This document shows positions 17,634 through 27,600 of a DNA stretch of 64,000 nucleotides, piece after piece. The position numbers and the translations under genes are program-made. Each line of letters begins with the position of its first letter. Within the stretch, counting starts at the first letter, position 1. Source of the stretch: Candidatus Zixiibacteriota bacterium (lineage in GTDB: Bacteria > Zixibacteria > MSB-5A5 > GN15 > FEB-12); the NCBI GenBank assembly GCA_034003725.1, contig JAVEYB010000002.1, positions 142,568 to 206,567 of the forward strand, read 5' to 3'. The notes below the pieces were generated by a model that was not told the origin of the DNA, made no database searches, and saw nothing but the letters and a program-made list of their open reading frames with translations.

Positions 17634-20600
17634 ATGGCCGGAGTGTCATCGTATATCGAATTGCACTGTCATTCCAATTTTTCTTTTCTTGACGGCGCCG
17701 ATCATCCGGAGACGTTGATTGTCCGGGCGGCCGATCTGGGCTATGCCGCGCTGGCGCTTACCGATCACAACGGGCTGTATGGTGCGGTGCGATTTCACAA
17801 GGCGGCACAGGCGGCCGGCGTAAAGGCGATCATCGGGGCGGAGCTGACGCTTGACAACGGGCATCATCTGGTTGTGCTGGTCGAGACCCAACAAGGATAC
17901 GGCAATCTTTCGCAGATGCTTTCCGAGGCCCAGCTGGCGGGGAAGAAGGGGGAAGCCAGCGTGTCGTATGAGATGCTCGAGCGGTACCATGGGGGGTTGA
18001 TTGCGTTGTCCGGGTGTGTGCAGGGTGAAGTACCCTCGCTGCTGGTTTGCGGTCGGGAGGATGAGGCGGCAAAGCGGGCGAAATATTATCGGGACCTGTT
18101 TGGCGAGGGGCGGTTTTATTTCGAGTTACAGCATCACAATCTGCCGGTGCACGAGTTTTTGTGTGCGAAGCTGGTCGAGCTCGGCGAATCGCTGGGGATA
18201 CCGCCGGTTGCCACGAATAACGTCCATTACGCGACGGCCGACGGTCGTCGGCTGGCCGATGTGCTGGCATGTATCAAACATCACACGACGCTCGACGAGG
18301 CGGGGGAGGTTTTATATCCAAATGCGGAGCGGTATTTGAAGCCGCCGGAGGCGGTAGTTCGGCAGCTGGCGCGGTATCCCGAGGCGATCGCGAACACGGT
18401 TCGGATTGCCGAGCGTTGTGAATTTTCGATGGACCGGATACATCCGGTGTTGCCGGATTTCGAGGTTCCGTCGGGAGAGACGACATTCAGCTATCTTCGC
18501 AAGTTGACGTATGCGGGGGCGCGCAGTCGGTACGGGCGGTTGGGGGACAAGGTAGTTCGCCAGTTGCAGCATGAGCTTCGGATAATCAGGAAGCTCGACT
18601 TTTCGGGGTATTTTCTGATTGTCTGGGATATCGCGCGGTTTTGTCGTGACAGCGGTATTTTGAGTCAGGGGCGGGGATCGGCGGCGAATTCGGCGGTGTG
18701 TTATTGTCTCGGGATAACGGCGGTTGATCCGATCCGATTGGAGTTATTGTTCGAGCGGTTTCTTTCGGAGCACCGTCGCGAGCCTCCCGATATCGATATC
18801 GATATCGCCAACAACCGTCGGGAGGAAGTGATCCAGTATGTGTACGCCAAATACGGTCGTCGACACGCGTCGATGGTGTGCGAGGTGATAACGTATCGGG
18901 GGCGTTCGGCGATTCGCGACGTGGGCAAGGCGCTTGGTTTTTCGCCGTCGGAGGTGGATCGGCTGGCCAAGCATCTGGATTCCTACTCGCGCGGGGAGGA
19001 GATGGCGGAGCGTTTGCAGGAGGCCACGATCAATGTCAACGACCGTCGGGTGCAGTTGCTGCTCGATCTGTGCGCGCAGATTCGCAGGTTCCCGCGTCAT
19101 TTGGGGATTCATGTGGGGGGGATGTTAATCACCAAGACGCCGTTGTCGCAGATCGTGCCGGTTGAAAACGCGACGATGCCCGACCGGAGCGTAATCCAGT
19201 GGGATAAGGATGACGCGCAGGACATGGGGCTGGTGAAGATCGATCTGCTCGGTCTGGGGATGTTGTCGTTGATGGATATTGCGTTTCGGTTGATCGAGCG
19301 GCATCACGGGATAGGTATCGATCCGGCCAGGCTGACGTACGACGATCCTCGGGTATACGATTTATTGTGTACGGCGGACACGGTGGGGGTATTCCAGGTT
19401 GAGTCTCGGGCGCAGATGAACACGCTGCCGCGCCACAAGCCTCGTCGGTTTTACGATCTGGTGGTGGAGGTTGCGCTGATTCGGCCGGGGCCGATCCAGG
19501 GGGATATGGTTCACCCGTATCTTCGCCGTCGCAACGGCGAGGAGCCGGTGACGTATCCGCATCCTCGGTTGAAGCGAATCCTGCAGCGTACGCTGGGGGT
19601 GCCGTTGTTCCAGGAGCAGGGGATGCAGGTGGCGGTCGCGGCGGCGGGATTTACGCCGAGCGAGGCGGACGAGCTTCGTCGCGCCATGGGGCACAAGCGT
19701 TCCCGGGAGCGTATGGAGGAGCTTTCGACGCGGTTGATTGCGGGGATGGTGGCGCGGGGGATCGACGAGGAATCGGCGTGGAAGATATTCAACCAGCTGG
19801 CGGCGTTTGCGGATTTTGGATTCACCGAGTCGCACGCCGCATCGTTCGCGCTGCTGGTCTATGTTTCGGCATACCTGAAGGTGTATTTTCCGGCGGAGTT
19901 TTACTGTGCGCTGCTCAACGCGCAGCCGATGGGGTTTTACACGCCGTCGACCGTGGTCTACGAAGCGCAGCGTCGCGGGGTGGAGATTCTGGGGGTTGAC
20001 GTGTCGCGCAGCGAGTGGGATTGTAGGATCGAGAACGGCGCGGTGCGGCTCGGATTTCGGTATGTCAAATCGCTCGGGCCGTCGGCGCAGGGCGCGATCG
20101 AAGAGGCGTTGGCGGGCGGGCCGTTTCATACAATCGACGATTTTGTCTTTCGGACGAAACTGGATCGCGACGCACTCGAACAGATCGCCATGATCGGTGG
20201 ATTCGACTGTTTTGGTACGAGTCGTCGACAGGCGTTGTGGAGGGTGCTGGCGTTGATCAACCGGTCGGCCGACGAGCTGCAGATGTCATTCATGGAGGAG
20301 GGGGAGCGGAAGTTATCGCCGATGGAGACGCTGGAGCGGCTGGCGGCGGATTTCAAGGGGATGAACCTGTCGAACGGGCCGCACCCGATGACGTTGATCC
20401 GCGACCGGCTGCGTCGGAAGCGCGTGTTTGCGGCTGGGGAGCTCAACGGGTTGTCCAATTACTCGTCGGCGATCGTGGCGGGGGTGGTGGTGATCCGTCA
20501 GCGTCCCGTTACCGCGAAGGGGTTCATATTCATCACGCTCGAGGATGAGACCGGTTTTGCCAATATCGTGGTCAAGCCGGCGATCATGAAGCGTTTTCGC

Positions 20601-20744
20601 CGGATCATTATTTTCTCGCGCGCCCTGCTGGTCCAGGGGACGCTGGAGAAGAAAGACGGCGTGATCAATATCATCGCTCACCGGCTTTACCCGCTCGAGT
20701 TCGAGAGCCGGGCGGTGCAGGTCAAGTCGCGCGATTTCCGATAG
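17634..20744 (+). CDS. dnaE2: Error-prone DNA polymerase III alpha subunit DnaE2
   Basis: PHP domain YIELHCHSNFSFLDGA, Pol III alpha core, C-terminal OB fold, ~1036 aa, typical DnaE2 context. GGAGGAGG SD upstream. Confidence 0.93.
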   Translation: MAGVSSYIELHCHSNFSFLDGADHPETLIVRAADLGYAALALTDHNGLYGAVRFHKAAQAAGVKAIIGAELTLDNGHHLVVLVETQQGYGNLSQMLSEAQLAGKKGEASVSYEMLERYHGGLIALSGCVQGEVPSLLVCGREDEAAKRAKYYRDLFGEGRFYFELQHHNLPVHEFLCAKLVELGESLGIPPVATNNVHYATADGRRLADVLACIKHHTTLDEAGEVLYPNAERYLKPPEAVVRQLARYPEAIANTVRIAERCEFSMDRIHPVLPDFEVPSGETTFSYLRKLTYAGARSRYGRLGDKVVRQLQHELRIIRKLDFSGYFLIVWDIARFCRDSGILSQGRGSAANSAVCYCLGITAVDPIRLELLFERFLSEHRREPPDIDIDIANNRREEVIQYVYAKYGRRHASMVCEVITYRGRSAIRDVGKALGFSPSEVDRLAKHLDSYSRGEEMAERLQEATINVNDRRVQLLLDLCAQIRRFPRHLGIHVGGMLITKTPLSQIVPVENATMPDRSVIQWDKDDAQDMGLVKIDLLGLGMLSLMDIAFRLIERHHGIGIDPARLTYDDPRVYDLLCTADTVGVFQVESRAQMNTLPRHKPRRFYDLVVEVALIRPGPIQGDMVHPYLRRRNGEEPVTYPHPRLKRILQRTLGVPLFQEQGMQVAVAAAGFTPSEADELRRAMGHKRSRERMEELSTRLIAGMVARGIDEESAWKIFNQLAAFADFGFTESHAASFALLVYVSAYLKVYFPAEFYCALLNAQPMGFYTPSTVVYEAQRRGVEILGVDVSRSEWDCRIENGAVRLGFRYVKSLGPSAQGAIEEALAGGPFHTIDDFVFRTKLDRDALEQIAMIGGFDCFGTSRRQALWRVLALINRSADELQMSFMEEGERKLSPMETLERLAADFKGMNLSNGPHPMTLIRDRLRRKRVFAAGELNGLSNYSSAIVAGVVVIRQRPVTAKGFIFITLEDETGFANIVVKPAIMKRFRRIIIFSRALLVQGTLEKKDGVINIIAHRLYPLEFESRAVQVKSRDFR

Positions 20745-20824
20745 CGCCGCATCGGACTTGCATCATCGACCCGTCCTGCCTACATTCGGCAACACCCGTC
20801 AAGAACATACCCGGAGAAGATACA

Positions 20825-21211
20825 ATGACACGTGAACAACGAATGGCCGGCTCAGTCACCCACGTCTGCAAGGCGATCTTCCCGAACACGACGAACCACT
20901 ACGATACGCTGTTCGGGGGGCAGGCGCTCGGCTGGATGGACGAAGTCGCGTTCATCACCGCCACGCGGTTTTGCCGTCGCGATGTCGTGACCGTTTCCAT
21001 GGACCGCACCGACTTCACGAAGCCGATCCCGGCCGGGACGATTGTCGAGATGATCGGGCGAGTGGTTGGGGTCGGCAGGACCAGCATAAAAGTGGAAGTC
21101 GAGTTGTACATGGAAGAGATGTTCTCGGATGGTCGGGAGAGCGCGATCAAGGGGACGTTTACGATGGTTGCGATCGACGAGCAGCGTCGGCCGATATCGA
21201 TAAGCGGATAA
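20825..21211 (+). CDS. Acyl-CoA thioesterase (hotdog fold, YciA/BFIT-like)
   Basis: ..NHYDTLFGGQALGWMDEVAFITATRF.. motif and 128-aa length are typical of acyl-CoA hydrolases. Confidence 0.85.
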   Translation: MTREQRMAGSVTHVCKAIFPNTTNHYDTLFGGQALGWMDEVAFITATRFCRRDVVTVSMDRTDFTKPIPAGTIVEMIGRVVGVGRTSIKVEVELYMEEMFSDGRESAIKGTFTMVAIDEQRRPISISG

Positions 21212-21229
21212 GAGCGCGGGGCAAGGCGC

Positions 21230-21763
21230 TCAGGACGACGGGGCGTCTGAGGGGTGATCGCCGGGCGGCGTTTCGATTTCCTCGGAGATCACCTTTTCGA
21301 GCGAACGTAATTGCGGGGAGCCGGGGACAAACATACGCCGGGCGACCTTGCGCAAGTCCTGAACCTGGCGGTAGTCACGGGCGCGGTGGAGAAAATCGCG
21401 AACGGGGCGATCGTCGGACGCAAGGGCCGTGAGTGCTTCGTAAATACGGCCGGCTTCGATCAGTCCATCGCCGAGCGCCCACAAGATGCGGGTAATCGCC
21501 ATTGCAGTCAGGGAGACAACGATCGGTGAGATGATGTTCAGATGAAGGATGTACACGGAGGCGAGGAAGAACAGGATCGCCGCGGCGGTCATGACCTTGC
21601 CGGAGCGCAGGCAGGTATCATTGCTGCAAGAGATGACGCTGTCTTCGAAGAAGACGAAGTAGATCAGACCACCGATCATCAGACCGGCGGCGCAGCCGGC
21701 GAGGACGGATACGATGCGAAGAATTATCGGCCAGAATTCCGTGAACATGTCCGTACCAACCAC
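21230..21763 (-). CDS. Hypothetical membrane protein
   Basis: Three or four predicted TM helices followed by a charged soluble tail. Last gene of a co-directional four-gene cluster. Confidence 0.5.
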   Translation of the reverse strand: MVGTDMFTEFWPIILRIVSVLAGCAAGLMIGGLIYFVFFEDSVISCSNDTCLRSGKVMTAAAILFFLASVYILHLNIISPIVVSLTAMAITRILWALGDGLIEAGRIYEALTALASDDRPVRDFLHRARDYRQVQDLRKVARRMFVPGSPQLRSLEKVISEEIETPPGDHPSDAPSS

Positions 21764-21906
21764 ATCCTGTGCACCCGTCCGGGAGCTGTCGCGAACCGGT
21801 TGGGTGGCGACGTTTCCCGTGTTGATCCCGAACCCAGGACAAAGATAGCGAGTTGAAACGGGGTGTCAACAAAATGCATTCGTTGCGGTGCGTATGTGGG
21901 GGCGAC

Positions 21907-23232
21907 TCATCGATCACGGCGGGCCAAAATGAAGACGCCGAGCGCGAAACAGGCAACGCCGGTGCCGAGCAGGATGGCGACGGGGGTGACCATCTGAGCG
22001 GCGGTGAAACCGCGCCAGATAGCGCCTTCGAGGGCCGTCACGCTCCACCGGACGGGGCTGAAGGCGCCGATCGAGAGCATCCACCGGGGCATCGCGATAA
22101 GCGGCACCATGCCGCCGCCGGTCATCGCCATGATGAGGAGAATGGCCCATCCGGCGCCGCCGACGGCCTGTTCGGTCCTGCCCATGACGGAGATAAGCAT
22201 CATGATGCCGGTAAAGCAAACTCCGGCGGAGAGGATAGCGACTGCCAGCCCCAGCGGCCAAGCGACGCGCACGCCGAATACGAGAATGCCGACCAGCATC
22301 AACAGGGCACAGATGCTCACCGACGCGATGTAGCAGGCGAGGCCTTTGCCGGCGAGGATCTGCGCTCTGCTGATGGGGGCAAGTCTTAGTCTCAGGTAGG
22401 TACCCCGGGTGTGTTCCACAACCAGCGACATCGCAAATGCGGCCACGACTCCGAGGAGTCCCCATTGCACGGACTGGGGAAACGTTATCTCCCAACTGGT
22501 ACGAGGTTCCAGGCTGGTCACTACGGCTTCAGTGAACTGAATATCAGGAGGCCGGAAGGGCGAAAAGTCGTCAGAGGAGTCTGAGGAGCCGGAGGCAGCT
22601 GTATCCGAACCTCGGGAGTCGGTAGAGTCGGTAGAATCAAGGGCCGCGATCGATCCGAGAAAATCGTTAAATCGGTTCAGCATCGAACCAATCTGCGCAC
22701 GATCGTCGGGCGGTATACCGGAGGCGGTATCAAACAGCCGTATCTGGTCGGCCAGTGCGTTCTGCATGGCGGGGATATCCATCATGCGACGCTGGACGAT
22801 CGAGAAATACGCCTGACTGATGAGGCCGTTGAGGTAGCCGGACTCCGCCTTGCGGCTCGGATCAATCCATACCTCGATGGATGGTCGCGAGGGGGAGAAG
22901 ATGCTGAATTGAGTAGACGACGTGTCGGTGTATCCGACGAAGGCGATCAGTTTGCCGGCGGAAACGAGCGATCTTCCGGAGTCAGCGGGCAGCACGGTGA
23001 TATCGAGAACGTCCGATTTCGCCAACTCATCGTAAAACGATTTCTCCGCGGCACGCGGTTGGTCGGGGATACCGATTTTCATCGAGCGTGCCCCGCCTCC
23101 GCCCGAGCCGCCGAAGATGGCGCCGAAGAGCAGGGCCATAATCAACGGGAAGACGAGCACGAAGAACATGCCGCCGTAGTCACGCAGGAGCAGGCGGAGG
23201 TCTTTGATCGCGATGGCGAGGATTTGAGACAT
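21907..23232 (-). CDS. ABC-2 type transporter permease
   Basis: N-terminal TM helix, a large external loop with a Ser/Asp-rich tract, and five C-terminal TM helices. Its start overlaps the ATPase stop (TGATG). Confidence 0.8.
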   Translation of the reverse strand: MSQILAIAIKDLRLLLRDYGGMFFVLVFPLIMALLFGAIFGGSGGGGARSMKIGIPDQPRAAEKSFYDELAKSDVLDITVLPADSGRSLVSAGKLIAFVGYTDTSSTQFSIFSPSRPSIEVWIDPSRKAESGYLNGLISQAYFSIVQRRMMDIPAMQNALADQIRLFDTASGIPPDDRAQIGSMLNRFNDFLGSIAALDSTDSTDSRGSDTAASGSSDSSDDFSPFRPPDIQFTEAVVTSLEPRTSWEITFPQSVQWGLLGVVAAFAMSLVVEHTRGTYLRLRLAPISRAQILAGKGLACYIASVSICALLMLVGILVFGVRVAWPLGLAVAILSAGVCFTGIMMLISVMGRTEQAVGGAGWAILLIMAMTGGGMVPLIAMPRWMLSIGAFSPVRWSVTALEGAIWRGFTAAQMVTPVAILLGTGVACFALGVFILARRDR

Positions 23233-24122
23233 CAGTCGCGGAGCCTCCGTCCGGTGAGGTTCAGAAAGACGCTTTCGAGGTCGGGCTGGTCGACGGCGAG
23301 CGTGCGGAAGTCCAGACCCGAGCGGGCGAGTCGCGCGATGTCTTCCATGGGGTAGTTCGTCTCGAAGCGGAGATGGTCGCCGTCCAACGGCGCGGGGAGG
23401 AGGGACCGGTCATCGGGAATAGTGTTCAGGTCGGCGGCGACAACGGCTTTGCCGCCGTGGCGGGCGATCAGTTCACGGACGGTGTCGAGGGCGAGAATCC
23501 TGCCGTGGTCGATGATGGCGACCCGGTCACAGAGCCGCTGAGCTTCTTCCATGTAGTGGGTCGTGTATACGATCGTACGGCCCTGTTTTTTGAGTTCCTC
23601 AATCTTTTCGAAGATCAGGTTTCGGGACTGCGGATCGACGCCGACAGTGGGTTCGTCGAGCAGCAGGATAGGCGGGTCGTGGACGAGCGCGCAGCCGAGG
23701 TTGAGCCGTCGCTGCATTCCGCCGGAGAATGTTTTCACGCGGTCGAGGCGGCGTTCGGTCAGGCCGACGAGATCGAGGATGGCGGTGACCCGCTCGCTCA
23801 GCACTCGGCCGGATAGTCCGTAGAGGCGGCCGAAGAAGCGAAGGTTCTCGACGGCGGTGAGGTCATCGTACAGGGCGAGGGCCTGCGGCGAGTTGCCGAT
23901 GCTTTTTCGGACGGTCGGCTTCGTGGAGTCATCGACGCCGTCGATGGTGACGGTACCGTGATCGGGCTTGAGGACGCCGACGATCATGCCGATGGTAGTG
24001 GTTTTGCCGGCGCCGTTCGGTCCGAGCAGGCCGAAAGTTTCGCCGGCGGGGATATCAAAGGAGACGTCGTCGACGGCGATCAGGCCAGGGAACTGCTTGC
24101 GGAGCCCGGTAACTCTAATCAT
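23232..24122 (-). CDS. ABC transporter ATP-binding protein
   Basis: Walker [10 protein letters not shown], signature FSGGMQRRL, Walker B ILLLDEPT. Confidence 0.93.
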   Translation of the reverse strand: MIRVTGLRKQFPGLIAVDDVSFDIPAGETFGLLGPNGAGKTTTIGMIVGVLKPDHGTVTIDGVDDSTKPTVRKSIGNSPQALALYDDLTAVENLRFFGRLYGLSGRVLSERVTAILDLVGLTERRLDRVKTFSGGMQRRLNLGCALVHDPPILLLDEPTVGVDPQSRNLIFEKIEELKKQGRTIVYTTHYMEEAQRLCDRVAIIDHGRILALDTVRELIARHGGKAVVAADLNTIPDDRSLLPAPLDGDHLRFETNYPMEDIARLARSGLDFRTLAVDQPDLESVFLNLTGRRLRD

Positions 24123-24135
24123 CTACGTTACGACC

Positions 24136-24510
24136 TCACGGTGTGATGACTTTCCTGAAGTGCAGCATGGATTCAACGGTCTCGCGCATGTTTGACGGTT
24201 GTCCGACCACGAGCTTGTCACGGCGATTGAAGTAATCGAGGCAGGTACCGCATGAGAGTATCAGGGTTCCTTTGGCCTCCATCGTTTTCAGGATGTCTTC
24301 GACAGGGGAGTCCACGGTGGTGAGAAAGACGCCGGAGTTCATGCAAATAATACGAGCGGGAATCTGGCCCATCTCAACCAGCATGGACAGGAACGAACGC
24401 ATTAGCTTGTTGCCGAGATCGATTTCACCGTCTCCGATGCCGGAGGACTTCAGGATAAGCAGTAAGTCTTTGTCAAGGGTCATTCGTGCAACTCTCCCAC
24501 GATTTGACAC
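24136..24510 (-). CDS. DsrE/DsrF-like protein resembling the C-terminal domain of selenium-metabolism protein YedF
   Basis: ..[43 protein letters not shown].. matches the YedF/DsrE-like pattern as I remember it. The true start is probably ATG 24483. Confidence 0.6.
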   Translation of the reverse strand: MSNRGRVARMTLDKDLLLILKSSGIGDGEIDLGNKLMRSFLSMLVEMGQIPARIICMNSGVFLTTVDSPVEDILKTMEAKGTLILSCGTCLDYFNRRDKLVVGQPSNMRETVESMLHFRKVITP

Positions 24511-24638
24511 GGACCTGTGATTGAATACGGTCGGTCGAGCGATATGTTTCAGTCAAAGGCACCGGGGCCCGATACGCACATTGGGAGAACATACGTGTAT
24601 GCTGTATTGGTATCAAGCGCAAAGGCACGGGAGCCGCG

Positions 24639-24665
24639 AAAAAGGCCGGGGCGGCCCGGCCTTTT
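24639..24665 (-). terminator. Rho-independent terminator with a bidirectional look
   Basis: AAAAA-GGCCGGG-gcgg-CCCGGCC-TTTT, 25 nt downstream of the stop of the 24690-28031 gene. Confidence 0.65.
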
Positions 24666-24689
24666 GTATCAGTGATGGGAAGCGCGTCG

Positions 24690-27600
24690 TTATTTCAGGA
24701 GCAGCATTTTGCGAGAGGCGGCGAACCCGGCGGCATCGATGCGATACAGGTAGACGCCGCTGGCGACGGTGTTACCGTAGTTGTCGAGGCCATTCCAGAC
24801 GACCGCGTGATAGCCGGCGGGCAAGTGGGTGTCGGCGAGTGTGCGTACGATCCGGCCCTGGATGTTGTAGATCGTGATGCGAGTATCGGCGGCCACCGGA
24901 AGGGCGAATTCTATAGTGGTTGCAGGATTGAAGGGGTTCGGGTAGTTCTGCTCAAGGGCGAAGTGGTCGGGAAGGTTTTCGGTTTCGTCGCCGACGTCGG
25001 CGGGGGTGTCGTAGATGCACTGGACGGCGCGTCCCCAGTAATCGGCTGCTACTATCGAGCGGATGGCCGCACAGCCACCGGGCAGAAGGTCCATGAAGTG
25101 GCCGTGGTTGGCCTCAATGTACTCACCGTCGAAACTGTACAGCAGGACGACCGTGGAGTCGCCACTGGTGTAGTACTGCATTTCCATCTGGTCGAGCAGT
25201 GAGCCTGGTGCGCAGTCGCCCTCGTAGACGATCCGGACGGCGCCCAGATCATACTCACCTTCGTAGGACAGATAGCCGTACTCGCTGAGGGTGAAAGTGA
25301 CCGGATGGGGGGCGGGATCCTGCGGAGGATACGGGACGGCATCTCCATAGATCACCCGAATCAAGCAGACGAAGTCTTCGATGGTGAACGGGTCGCCGTC
25401 GGCATTGATATCGGAGGCGTACCTGGCGGCCTCAAGCGGGAACTGAACGCCGGGAATCGACAGGAAGACCGTGTCGCCGTAGAGGAGATAGCGCGAGAAC
25501 ATGACAGCATCGGCAATTGTGTACGGGATACCGTCGAGGTTCAGGTCCCCTCGTGACAGATCGCCGTCGTTGAGCAGAACGCCACCGCCGACTAACTCGA
25601 CGGCCTTCACGGGATAGATGACATCGGGACCGAATTCGCCGAAGCATTCCTGCTGGACACCTGTGTAGGTGGGGAAGCCGGTCGTTTCATCGGTCACGTT
25701 CACCCAGTACGGATCGTTGGCGGTATCGGGAAGCGGGTGAGATTGGAGCCGTTTTACTGTATGAGAGACAAAGAGGGTGTCGCCCGCTATGCTGGATAGT
25801 GCGTTGTCGGCGCAGTCAGTCCAATAGAAGTCAATGGGCACCCACTCAGGAACGTAAGTCGCCGAACCGCCGTGCAGGAAAGGCATCGTGAAGAGAAGTT
25901 GCGATTCGGTTTCCGCGAGGTTGCATGTGTCGGGGTGGTAGGGGCCGTTGTTGGTCTCGGCGAGTCCGACTACGGTCAGGAGGCCGGAGGGACAGTTCGG
26001 TTCGCAGTTCGAGTTCGCGTGCTGTCGAAAGGTGAAGTACTCCCATCCGCAGTCGGCATACAGGGGAGATGTTTGGTGTTCCAGGCCGAGGCCGCCATAC
26101 AGCGAGATTCTCGATCTATCATAGGCCAGCAGGAAGCTGAAGCCGCCGATAGGAGCGGGTGCATTTTCCAGATAGACGTCGACATTGGGAATCTCGTCCG
26201 GCGCATGGCCGTCCCCGCCGTATCCGGAGTTGGCCTGGATGACCACGCGATATGGAGCGGGCTGTTGGATGATGCGGACGGGCATTCTGCGACCGTCGCG
26301 AGTTGACGCCTCGACGTCAACTAGTTCATCGCGTCCGGTGTACGCCAGGAGGATGCCGTCTCGAAATGTCGGGAACTCGAGGGGAGTTACTGCACCCAGT
26401 GGGGCGGAGATGGCGATATGGGTGAACAGGCTCGGAGTGGATTCGGCGAGGGCGTGCTCGTTTTGGACATACGAAATGGTCGAACCTCGGATGAGCATGA
26501 TGTACAAAGCAGAGATCGAGTCAGCGCCACTGATGGATATGGTATTGGCGACGGTGTCATGGAAGACTGTTACATTGGGGCCGAGAGTTGAATCGAAAGG
26601 AGTCATTTCCGGAATTTCACCGGCTCGAGTTCGTATCGTGTGGACAAACTCAGCGATGTGGATATTAGAGTAGCCCAATATGTGCTTAAAGCATACGATA
26701 TCCGCGGGATCAAGATGATCTCCATCACCGTCGCAGTCGCCATCCAGGTCCGGCTGAATCGTGTCAGCGAAACTGACTACACCGTGTATGTAGGTGGTGG
26801 TCCGTTGTGCGTACGGGTTGGCGAAGCAATCAAGCGGGATTCCGGAGAAGGACGGAAGTTCGTCCGGCAGCGGCAGATAGTTGCCGTTGACATAGCGAAC
26901 CCGGTCGGCGATGCACTTGTATTCCGTATCGTTGTCGATGAGGTAGTCGTCGTAACAACCGCTGAAATAGAACCGGACGGGTAGTCCTCGGGTGTGCAGC
27001 GACGTGTCGTTGGCAGTCGTGAAATTGAGGACAAACAGTTCGGCGTGCAGGGAGTCGGGTCGGTAGCAGAGAGCGGAGCCTTCATCGCCGGCATCGAGTG
27101 TGATTTGCACTCCCTGCATATTCAGGAATCCGGGATAGTGATCGGTGAAGGTGACATCCTGCCATTCGACCTCGTTCCACCCGCAGTCGGTGAGGAATTG
27201 GCCGGTTCGGACTTCGTTGAGTTCGAAGAATCTGGAATCGTAGGCGATGTGGAATCGACCGGCATTGAAGTCGCGGTCAGTCCTTTCGAGCCACACCGGC
27301 AGGTCGAAGGTTTCTCCCGGTCGGATGCCGGAAATCGTATCGATTCGAACGATCGGCAGGATCTGGGCGGCCACAGGACCGACGTCGATTACCAGATTGT
27401 AAACGATTGAAGCGCTACCCTGCCGAAAGGAGACGGCTATGGAGACGTGGAAGCGGGTAAGCCGGTCGGCGTGCACGGGGGCAAACCGAAACTTTCCAGT
27501 CAGGCTGTCCAGGGACCATGCGCCTGTCGGTTCGGGGAGGAACTGGTACACGAAGAAGCCGACATCGTCGCACTCGTCGGGGTCGTACGCCTCGAGTTGG

